Origin: Selaginella moellendorffii
Lineage: Eukaryota; Plantae; Lycopodiophyta
DNA: 64,000 nt
Direction: 5' to 3'
Assembly (NCBI RefSeq): GCF_000143415.4
Contig: NW_003314340.1
Location: 127,295-191,294 of the forward strand
In this document: in pieces, positions 49,721-60,314 of the stretch
How the letters are laid out: every line of letters starts with the position of its first letter
Position numbering within the stretch: position 1 is the first letter of the stretch
Translations under genes and position numbers: made by a program
The notes under the pieces: generated by a model
The model's database searches: none
What the model was told of the DNA's origin: nothing
The model's input: the letters and a program-made list of their open reading frames with translations, nothing else

Positions 49721-51144
49721 ATGGCGACGAGTCTCTTGGCTCACAAGAGTGGCGTCTTCTTTGGCAGCGCGAGCGCGCTCTGCGATTTCCAGGCGCGACC
49801 GGCATTGCGATCGTCCAGGCGCGACACCGTTCGCGCGTCGTCCAGGTCCGCGGGAGGAGAATGCCGGGATTTTGCGCTCCGGGATGTCTTTGCGAAGCGC
49901 GCATTCAAGGTATTCGTCTGGATCGATGGCGATGGGAGAGGGTTTGATGGTGGGATTTTCTTGCAGGTGATTGCTGGGCTCAACAATTTCGATCGAGAGA
50001 ATGTGGCTGATGTGGTTGTCGCCGCCGAGAAGGTGGGCAACATAGCGATTCCTTCGCCAAAAATCTCTTGATTTTCTTTGGTTTTGCCAAGGGTGGCGCG
50101 ACGCATGTAGATATCGCTTGTGATCCACAGCTCGTCGAGCTTGCGCTTGGCTTAACTTCATTGCCGGTAAGAAATTCCACTCTTCTTATTCTTCCCGTTT
50201 TGTTCATAGATGGTAGGGTTAAATTCCATTCCTTTCATTCTTCTCTCTTTCTTTTGTGTTCTTCTCTTTTCTTTGAGAATGACTCACATACATTTTAGAT
50301 ATGTGTCTCTGCCGTGGATCCAGAGGCATTTGTGGCGGCTGTGGATGCCGGAGCACACATGGTTCGTCATCTCATCTCTTAGAAAACAAAGCAAAGAGTT
50401 CTTGGCATTGATTCGTGTTCTTTTCCAGATCGAAATTGGAAACTTCGACTCGTTTTACGACAGTGGCAGAGTTTTTTCTTCCAAGGAGGTGAAACTTTTA
50501 GTCTCTTCTCCACGCTCGCTACTTACTACTTGCTGGATTCACGCAGGTCTTAGAGCTCACTAGAAGAACTAGGGAACTTTTGCCACACATCACTCTTTCA
50601 GTGACGGTGCCACATACTTTGCCACTCGATGAGCAGGAAAGATTTCCTTTTTTTTTTATTCATAAGCTGTCTTACACATTGCTGTTGGTCTCTCTTCCAG
50701 GTCCAGCTCGCCGAGGCTTTAGAGGAAGAGGGTGCCGATATCATCCAAACAGAGGGTGGAACAGCTTCTACTCCTTCAAAGCCTGGGATCACAGGTCTCA
50801 TTGAAAAGGTAGAGTCGTCTTGTGGATATCTTCTTTCCCAGCTTACAAATTTCAATTTAAAACAGGCAACTCCCACACTAGCAGCTGCGTATTCCATCTC
50901 CAGAGCTATTACGCTTCCAGTTCTCTGTGCCTCTGGATTGAGTGCAGTGACAGCTCCAATGGCGATCACTGCTGGCGCTTCTGGAGTGGTAAATTTACCA
51001 TCAAGCGTTTCTTCTTCGTTTTTAACGTTTGCACCATTTCTTCCAGGGCATTGGCTCAGCTGTGAACAAACTGAACAGCCAACTTGCAATGGTGGCGACT
51101 GTTCGCAGCATTGCGGATGCAATGGGACTAGAACCATCCACTGA
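49721..51144 (+). CDS. ycf23: Ycf23/DUF561 family protein with a probable plastid transit peptide
   Basis: FKVIAGLNNFD, GGATHVDIACDP, EIGNFDSFY, SVTVPH, ADIIQTEGG and CASGLS. Confidence 0.88.
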
Positions 51145-51390
51145 AAAGATTCCAGAGAGAGCTCGAGACAAAGCTTGATTAGTTCTTCAACGATCAAAGC
51201 CAAACGATCACAGTCATAAGCAAGAACAAAGAAAAACTCCGTCACCCTCGTCGCCGCGCCCTTGTCCCGTGCGTACTACTCTCGTTGGTATCAAAATGTA
51301 TATAAATTATGAAGGAGTTCCCGGGTAGGGCGAGCATGTTCCCGCCCAGAACAGGCGAGCCTGTGCCTGTGGAATGGCCTTAACTGGCTG

Positions 51391-51769
51391 TGGTGAGACC
51401 GTTAATGGACATGTGGAAGAATGTTGATGGAAGAATGTGGAGGATGAGAGGGTTCTCTAGAATTGGCAGTTGATAACTTGGTTTTCCAGAACCTAGCAGC
51501 TGAGGTTCTAGTTGTTAGCCACGTTTTTGCAGATAACCTGATTTGATCTGACAGCTGCTAATGGTTGGATCAAGTTAACAAGCAAACTATTGGCAGCCAT
51601 CAGATCAAGTCAGATTCTCTGTAAGAACGTGGCTTGACAACTGCCAAGTTGTTTAGAACCTAGTTGCCAGCGGCCAGGTTCTGGAGACCCAGGCTACCAA
51701 CTGCCAATTTTGGAGAACCCTCTCATCCTTGAATAACATTCTTCCATGTGTCCATTAACAGTCTTGCCA
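51391..51769. repeat. ~380-bp imperfect fold-back (MITE-like or hairpin-RNA locus)
   Basis: Arms pair along almost their whole length, e.g. gttaatggac/gtccattaac, aggatgagagggttctc/gagaaccctctcatcct and ttgatctga/tcagatcaa. Confidence 0.85.
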
Positions 51770-52021
51770 TGATTTGTTCTAAAATATTTCATTTTCGGAG
51801 CAGTTGCAGACCTCATTAATATTTTCGCAGACTTTCAAACAGCTTGCCTACACTTGAAGTCTCACCCTGTTTGATTTTCTTGGGAGAGAATCAACACTCA
51901 CCACTGATCCCATTTGCATTTTTGCACATCCATCAGTCTCATGCTAGCGTGGGCACCACAATACTCTCTAACACAACATATAGATAGATAGATAGATAGA
52001 TATCTCAAGAACACAGCTAGA

Positions 52022-53950
52022 ATGGAGGCGCTGATCAATGAGTTTGAGGACATGTGTAGAAATGCAGCCGCTGTTCAGGAGGAGGTCTTGGGGACCATTG
52101 TTGAGCACAATGCTTCTTGCGAGTTCCTCCAGAGCTACAATGTGACCGACGTAGATTCATTCAAAGCTCATGTCCCCGTTGTGGGCTATGAAGACATTGC
52201 TGCGAAGATCCAGCGCATGGCAGATGGAGATCCATCCTCCATTCTGTGCAAAGACCCCGTCCTTGCGTTCATCTCGAGGTTTGATAGCCATATTTGTTTG
52301 CTTAGCTCCAATACAACATATGTTTTCTGTAGCTCCGGAACAACCACTGAGAAGCGCAAGGCTTTTCCGCTTACAACAAAGTCCTGTGATGTGAAAAAAC
52401 ATGCACTGCACAAGATTGGAGCGGCTTATTTAGAGAGGTATATCAAGCCAAGCGAACAAAATTTTATAATCGGCTTAACCTCTGATGATTTGCTCTTGTG
52501 TGTTTGAGCAGGGATTTTCCAGTTGGTTCCTTTCCAACAGCCTTGGCTTTCATGTATGCTCACCCTTGCGAGACACTCTCCAAATCAGGGATCCCGATCA
52601 TGCCCGTTTCTAACTTCACTTTCACAAGCCAGGCTTACAAAGAGAGGCCGAGCAGGAGCACGAGTCCAGACGAGGTTATCTGGGGTCCTTGGTGGGAGTC
52701 AACGTACTGTCACTTGCTCTGTGGGCTCATTCAACGCATGGAAGTGGATTATATTACCTCTTTCTTTGCTTACACCCTTGTCCAGGCGCTCAACATGCTG
52801 GAGGCTGAATGGAGAAGCCTCTGTCATGACATAAGAACTGGAAAACTGGATGAGAGAGTCAAAGACGTCAAACTGAGGGCAGCTGTTGCAGGGGTGCTGC
52901 ATGAAGATCCAGATTCAGCTGGCTTCATAGAGGAGGTCTGCAGCAGCAAGGAGTCATGGGATCAAGGGATAGTTCCACAATTTTAGCCCAAAGCTAAATA
53001 CTTATGGACTGTGGTAACAGGTGGGAAGAGTCTAGTTTTTTGCTTTCCTTTGTGATGTGTGTGGTTCTGCACCTATAGGTGGTATGAAGCCGTACGTTCC
53101 TCCTCTACGGAGGTATGCAGGAGGTGTGCATATTATAGGAAGGGCGTACATGGGTTCCGAAGGAGTATACGGAATAAACATGGATCCCGCTACTGAACCC
53201 GAGAACGTTGTCTTCACACTTGTCCCTACGACATTATACATGGAGTTTCTTCGGCTCAGGGACAACAAGCTGGTGGACTCGAGTAACTTAGAAATCGGTG
53301 AGCAGTACGAGCTAGTTATTACCACATATTCAGGTGAGCAGTCGATCTTGTTTCATTTCTCATTCACTGGCATGGGCTTTACAGGTTTGTATCGGTACAA
53401 AGTGGGGGATGTGGTCAAAGTCGTTTCTTTCTTTCACCAGAGCCCACAAATGGCCTTTGAATATCGTACCAGTGCGCTGCTAAGCGTAAACCTGGACGTA
53501 GCCAGTGAACAAGAGCTCCAGAACGTGGTAAGAAGAACATGCAACGAAGCAAACCTGGAAATCGTGGATTTCACAAGTCACTCAAACGTGACGGAGCCGC
53601 CTGGCTACTATGTCATCTACTGGGAGCTGAAAAACAAGCCAGATTACTCCAATCATGCGCTTCTAAACAGGTGTTGTGATGTTCTGGATCGCTCCTTCAC
53701 TTCTTCCACATACATCATGGGGAGAAGGAGTGGCACAATCGGACCCCTCAAGCTTGTGATCCTGGAAAGAGGCAGCTTTGGCAGGATTATGGAGTATGCA
53801 GTGAGCAATGGCTCTGCACCTGGACAGTACAAAACTCCAAGGTGCATCAAGAGCCCAAAAGTGCTGAAGATTTTGGAAGAGGGGATTGTGAGCACTTATA
53901 GGAGCTCCAAATATCCATCTTACTATAACTTAATACAATATATCAATTGA
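52022..53950 (+). pseudogene. GH3: GH3 acyl-acid amido synthetase, 5 exons, in-frame TAG at 52984
   Basis: SSGTT, YMGSEG, GLYRYKVGD and QYKTPRC. Introns 52279-52332, 52438-52511, 53021-53078 and 53334-53384. The stop replaces the conserved W of WPKAKY. Confidence 0.88.
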
Positions 53951-54282
53951 AGATATTGATCAATCTTCCACAATGGTTAAATTCTCAAGGTTCTGTTGAA
54001 AGCAATAATAATATAAAATCCCCCGAATTTGGTCAAAACGGAATTACATTTAAAGTTTTTGCTTTTCTCAGCTAAGAAAATGAATATTGCATTTTAACAA
54101 AACTATAAACAATATGTAGAATATTCGATAATCTTGAGTTGTCTAGAAACCATGATGTTCCACCAAGGTAACGTGTTTGATTTGGCTTCCACTTCTTCAG
54201 AGTTTATAACAATTTCCAGACTTGCAATCCATCTTCCTGCCACCTTTATAAATCGGAGTTAATCCTCCCCATAGAACGAGCA

Positions 54283-55515
54283 ATGGATCTCCGACTCCAA
54301 GCACTGCTTGCGCTGCTACTCATCGTCGCGGCCTCCGCCGAAGATTGTGGCCGTCAGGCCGGGGGAAGAACTTGCCCACCCGGAAATTGCTGCAGCAAAT
54401 GGGGGTGGTGTGGAGTCACCCCGGATCACTGCGGCGATGGCTGCCAGAGCCAGTGTGGCGGATCAACCCCCCCGGCTCCTCCAAGCGGTGATGGCATTGG
54501 GTCGATCATCACGTCCTCGATCTTCGAGGACCTGCTCAAGCACCGCAGGGATTCCGGCTGCGCTGGCGGCTTCTACACTTACACCGCCTTCATCACCGCC
54601 GCGAGGTCCTTCCCGAGCTTTGGAAACGAGGGATCGCTGGAGGAGAGGAAGCGAGAGCTGGCCGCGTTCTTGGCACAGACATCCAAGGAGACCACGGGTA
54701 AGTAAGAATGATCGAGAGATCGATCATGCCACCACTCTGTTGGCTTCCAGAGCTTTGAGTTCTCGAATTTCTTGGAATTCCAGGGGGATGGGCGACTGCT
54801 CCAGATGGGCCATATCGCTGGGGCTATTGCTTCGTCGAGGAGAGGAACAAGGACACTTACTGTCAAGCATCGCAGCAATGGCCCTGCAATGGGGGCAAGA
54901 GATACTTTGGTCGAGGACCCATCCAGCTGACATGGTAGTACCAAAATCTCTGTTCTTGCTTTTCTTTTCTTGCGTTCTCGTGTGGAGTTTCAAGCGAATT
55001 TCTCTTGGTTGGAGAGTTTGACCTTGATATGACAATGTTCTTGCGCTTGGATAGAGCTACTCATCTGTAGATTGTCATTTCTTGGCAGTGCCACTTACAA
55101 ATCTTCTCTTTGTGGCAGGAATTTCAACTATGGGCTGGCCGGATCACGGCTTGGCTTCGATGGGATCAACGATCCAGACATTGTTTCGAGAGATCCGGTG
55201 GTTTCCTTCAAGACGGCGATCTGGTTCTGGATGACTGCGCAGAACCCCAAGCCTTCGTGTCACGACGTCATTCTCGGGAAGTGGAGGCCATCTGGCGCGG
55301 ACTTGGCCGCCGGGAGAACCGCGAGCTACGGGACGGTGACCAACATCATCAACGGCGGACTTGAGTGTGGGAAAGGCGAGGATGACCGTGTCAAGGATCG
55401 CATTGGCTTCTTCCGGAGCTACTGCCAGGTCTTGGGGATCAATCCAGGATCAAACCTTGACTGCTACAACCAGCGGCCTTTCACACAGCTGCTGATGGAG
55501 AAAGCAAGCCAGTGA
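54283..55515 (+). CDS. Class I chitinase (hevein domain plus GH19), 3 exons
   Basis: Signal peptide, CCSKWGWCG, Pro hinge, [28 protein letters not shown] and IINGGLECG; short C-terminal extension. TATA at about 54247. Confidence 0.95.
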
Positions 55516-55987
55516 TCAAATCTAGAGGAATAAGAACTTGCAAAGCTTGCAAAGAATAAGCACTTAGCTCTCAAGATGGAAACTGGAAAAACTTACTCGA
55601 AATGTGCTCATTCATCTCGCCCTTTCAGCTCTCGAAATCTTCTCTAAAGCCCGCGAAGATTTGCTTTGCTGCTCGTCAACCCTGCGAAATACAAAGAAAC
55701 AACGCATTAGAGAGACGATAGAGGTAGTGATCGATCGATGGTTTTTCCAATCACTGTACGAAATGAAATGAGACAGTAAAACTCGTGCACAGGTAAAGGT
55801 TAATGCATAGAAGGAGAAAGACAACACTCTACCTGGAAGCTATCCACAGTGCTCCTATAATCCACAATGCTCCACACGGGCAAAATCTTGTGCTCCATCG
55901 ACGCATATTTGCGAAATTTTCTCTGGAAAGAGAGCGAGGAACAAGGATTAAATCCAGAGGAAAACCTCGCAGCTAGTACCTGGAGCT

Positions 55988-56646
55988 TTAGACCCACCAA
56001 CGGTCTAGATCTGCCCAGCCCGCAGGATCCGACGCCCGAAATTCAATCTCCCGGCTCAGCCGCTCCGCGCGCTCGCTGTCGTCGTGGATCTGGCAAGCTC
56101 CAAACACCGCCGTGAGCGCCACCCTGTTCTTCCCCAGCGGCATGGATCTCGCCAGCTTCTCCGCCTCCTCCAGCCACCCAGCTCGGCCCAGGAGATCCAC
56201 CAAAGCAATCCAGATGCTGGACAGAGCTCTCAATCCCGTGATCGCCCACCATAGCCAGAAAGTAGCGCCGGCCTTCCTCCACCATCCCAGAGTGGCTGCA
56301 AGCGAAGAGGATGGTGATGAAAGTCACGTCGTCCGGTTTGATCCCTTCCAAGTCCATCCGCTGGTAGAGCTCGAGAGCTCGCTGGCTGAGCGAAAGCCGA
56401 GATGATAGCAGTCCAGGAGATGAGCGTCGCCGCTGCCATCCTTCCAAAAACGCTGCTTGCCTCCAGGCTCCCGGACTGGCCGTAGAAAGTTATCAGCGCG
56501 TTGGACACCGAGGTGCTCGCTTCCAGTCCCTCCTCAATAATCCTGGAGTGGATCATCCTCCCTCTGGCCAGGGAGTTTTGATCCATGCACACCGCCACCA
56601 GCCGCATGAACGTTGTCTCGTCGCCTCTCACTCCTTCCAGCTCCAT
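55988..56646 (-). pseudogene. PLS/E-class PPR fragment, frameshifted and 5'-truncated
   Basis: SNALITFYG, ISWTAII, KPDDVTFITILFACSHSG and VDLLGRAGWLEEA lie in three different frames. Confidence 0.85.
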
Positions 56647-56648
56647 CT

Positions 56649-57113
56649 TTTCAGTGACGGTGCCACATACTTTGCCACTCGATGAGCAGGAAAGATTTCC
56701 TTTTGTCTTTTATACATTCATAAGCTGTCTTACACATTGCTGTTGGTCTCTCTTCCAGGTCCAGCTTGCCGAGGCTTTGGAGGAAGAGGATGCCGGCAGT
56801 GACAGCTCCAATGGCGATCACTGCTGGCGCTTCTGGAGTTGTATACTTAACATCAAGCGTTTCTTCTTCTTCGTTTTTAACGTTTACACCATTTCTTCCA
56901 GGGCATTGGCTCGGCTGTGAACAAACTAAACAGCCAACTTGCAATGGTGGCGACTGTTCGCAGCATTGCGGATGCAATGGGACTAGAACCATCCACTGAA
57001 AAGATTCCAGAGAGAGCTCGAGACAAAGCTTGATTAGTTCTTCGACGATCAAAGCCAAACGAATCACAGTCACAAGCAAGAACAAAGAAAAACTCCGTCA
57101 CCCTTCTTGCCGC
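56649..57113 (+). pseudogene. ycf23: Duplicated 3' fragment of ycf23 with an internal deletion
   Basis: Near-identical to about 50596-51260, but lacks about 50737-50942. Confidence 0.9.
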
Positions 57114-57453
57114 TTCCTTGTATCATAATTAAATATTATTTTGTAAAAAAAGTGAAGAAAGTAATTATTATAATTGATTTGTTCTGAAATATTTCATTTT
57201 CGCCTTGAGAGGAGCGGTCGCCGACCTCACTAATATTTTGGCGGACTTTTGAACAGTATCACGTGGATCTTGCCTACACTTGAAGTCTGTCACGCTGTTT
57301 GATTTTCTTGGGAGAGGAGAATCAACACGCCAACACTGATCCCATTTGCATTTTTGCATATCCATCAGTCTCATGCTAGCGTGGGCACCACAATAAGAAC
57401 ACAACATATAGATAGATAGATAGATAGATAGATATCTCAAGAACACAGCTAGA

Positions 57454-58132
57454 ATGGAGGCGCTGATCAATGAGTTTGAGGACATGTGTAAGAATGCAGC
57501 AGCTGTTCAGGAGGAGGTCTTGGGGACCATTGTTGAGCACAATGCTTCTTGCGAGTTCCTCCAGAGCTACAATGTGACCGATGCAGATTCATTCAAAGCT
57601 CATGTCCCCGTTGTGGGCTATGAAGACATTGCTGTGAAGATCCACCGCATGACAGATGGAGATCCAGCCTCCATCCTGTGCAAAGACCCCGTCCTTGCGT
57701 TCATCTCGAGGTTTGATAGCCATATTTGTTTGCTTAGCTCCAATACAACATATGTTTTATGTAGCTCCGGAACAACCACTGAGAAGCGCAAGGCTTTTCC
57801 GCTTACCACAAAGTCCTGTGATGTGAAAAACCATGCACTGTACAAGATTGGAGCGGCTTATATAGAGAGGTATATCAAGCCAAGCCAACAAGATTTTATA
57901 ATCGGCTTAACCTCTGATGATTTGCTCTTGTGTGTTTGAGCAGGGATTTTCCAGTCGGTTGTTTTCCAACAGCCTTGGCTTTCATGCATGCTCTCCCTTG
58001 CGGGACACTCTCCAAATCAGGGATCCCGATCATGCCCGTTTCTAACTTCGGTTTCACAAGCTAGGCTTACAACGAGAGGCCGAGCAGGAGTACGAGTCCA
58101 GACGAGGTTATCTGGGGTCCTTGGTGGGAGTC
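57454..58132 (+). pseudogene. GH3: Second GH3 copy, interrupted by an LTR element at 58133
   Basis: Near-identical to 52022-52700; breaks at ggtgggagtc|tgttagg. Confidence 0.92.
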
Positions 58133-60314
58133 TGTTAGGTGCCAGCTTTGACTACGTGGTCAACGTCGGTCAAAGGGAGGCTCAAGGGTATATTAAGGCA
58201 TGTTAGGGTAAAAGACTTAACCTACCCTAGGGCTCACAGTGGAGCGGCAGCGTAGTGGAGCTTTTGAGGTAGCTCGGGGTGGTTGGGTGGTGAGGAACCT
58301 CAAGAGGTGGCATAGCATAGTCTAGGGCAACTAGATTTTTGTCTTTTTGCGCCGGATCATAACATTGGTATCAGAGAAGTTGGTTGCGATGGCCGACCAA
58401 GCTGAACGCTGGAATCCTATCGTCGATGGTGGTGCCGACGATGGTGCCGACGAAGCTGTGGAGATTTGGACCATTCAAGATGTGGTTCATGAGCTGCGAG
58501 CCCTTAATAAAAATCAGCAAGAGATGCAAGACGAGATGCATGGCATGATGGATACCATGCGTGGGCGTGTTGAGGCATTCGAGGCTGGACGGGGTAGTGC
58601 TCCAAGTAAGCCTTCTTTGGTAGATCGACTCAAGATTCCAACTTTTTCCGGTGATGGTGGTGTGGACGAGTGTCTCGCTTGGCTAGCCAATGTGAAGAAG
58701 TTCTTGGCTGCTAGAGGAACTCCAGATGCAGAGGCTTTAGTGGCTATTCCGATGGTTTTGCGTGATGCGGGTCTTCGATGGTGGAATTGGCTTGAGGAGT
58801 CCCGTGTTGCGGATAAGAAACCACCAGTGTCTACCATGGATGAGTTTGAGGCTGCTTTCCATTTACGTTTTGCCCCTCATTACGATGTGGAGAATGCTCG
58901 TACAGAACTTTGCCATTTCCAACAAGGGAAAATGACACTCGGGGATTATATTGAGAAGCTTACTCGCTTGATTAGTCGTGTTCCAACGAAGGATCCAAAT
59001 CAGAACAAGTCCTACTTCATTGATGGCCTACATAGTGAGAGCATGCAGCAACACTTGCGTCATTCTCAGCCTACAAAGAGTTTGGAGGAGCTCTTTGATG
59101 CGGCTCGTCAACTTGACAATGACAAGCACAAGTCTCGCAAGCATTCGCGGAGTCCTTCTGTTGAGAATCGTCGTGATGATCGCCGTGGACACAAGGATGG
59201 GAACAAGCATCACAAGTTGAAGTCGGTGGTGACAACTTCAGATGCAAAGGGGTCCAAGAAGCAGAAGTTCTTTGTGAAGAATTATAGACAAGGTTGTCAT
59301 CATTGCGGCGAACTTGGACACTATAAGGCTAATTGTCCACAGTTGAAGAACAAGCAGCAGGACAAGAAGAATGGCCAATCATCTTCTCACGGTAAGTCAG
59401 ATACTAAAAAGTTGCAAGCTTTACAACGTGAGGATGACGAGAACGACCATTCCGGTCGGAGGAAGAGACTTTCGATCGTTGTTCGTCAACTCAACTGTGT
59501 GTGGAACAAGATGGAGCTCGAGGATACGCGTGACTCAGCTTTAATGCTGGAGGGCGTGTTCCGTGGCGATCCAGTGCGGATTTTACTGGATAGTGGGAGC
59601 GATGACAACTTTGTTTCGGCAAAGTTTGTTGCGGAGCATCGCCTGAACACACGTGGAGTTCTTCCATACACAGTGGAAGGTGCAGCTACCTCTACTTAGC
59701 ATTTTGATGCTTGTGTCGAGGGGCTGGAAGTGTTGGTTGGCAAAACCACACTTGTGGAGACTTTTTATCTTGCGGATATCCATCGTGTGGATCTCATTCT
59801 TGGAATGCCATGGTTGGTGAAGGTGGATCCAGAGATAAAGTGGAGCATTAAGCGTATCTCATTGGAGTATGGTGGCATTAAAGATGTGTGGTTTGGCGAG
59901 GGCGTTCAACCACCAGTTGTTATGCTCTCTGCTACATCTTTGAAGCGGGCTTGTCGTAATGGAAAAGCACTTTCAAGTTACTTGTTGTTTGTTCATGACT
60001 TGGGGGACCAAGGCACGTGTGGGGGAGAAGCAGCAGTACAAGATGTACTTGATGAGTTTTCTGATGTTTTTCCATCTGAACTTCCTCATGGATTGCCTCC
60101 ATTACGAGGTGTGGAGCATGGGATTACATTGGAGCCGGGGACGCGGCCAATTTACTGGCGTCCATTTCAGTTAAGTTATGCGGAGGAGCAAGAAGTTCAA
60201 CGACAAGTCAAGGAGTTACTTGAGTTTGGATTCATTCAGCCAAGTAAGTCTCTATTTGGTGCTCCGGTCTTGCTTGTGAAGAAGAAGGACGGTTCAATGC
60301 GAATGTGTATTGAC
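58133..60314 (+). mobile_element. Ty3/gypsy element: 232-bp 5' LTR (58133-58364), iMet PBS, gag-protease-start of RT
   Basis: tgtta..taaca; tggtatcagag at 58366; CHHCGELGHYKANC, LLDSGS and [12 protein letters not shown]; in-frame TAG at 59697. Confidence 0.92.

Noticed and set aside
49121-50071. 316-aa ORF spanning the amine oxidase and ycf23
   Set aside because: An alternate frame of the oxidase running into ycf23 exon 1; no independent support as a fusion protein.
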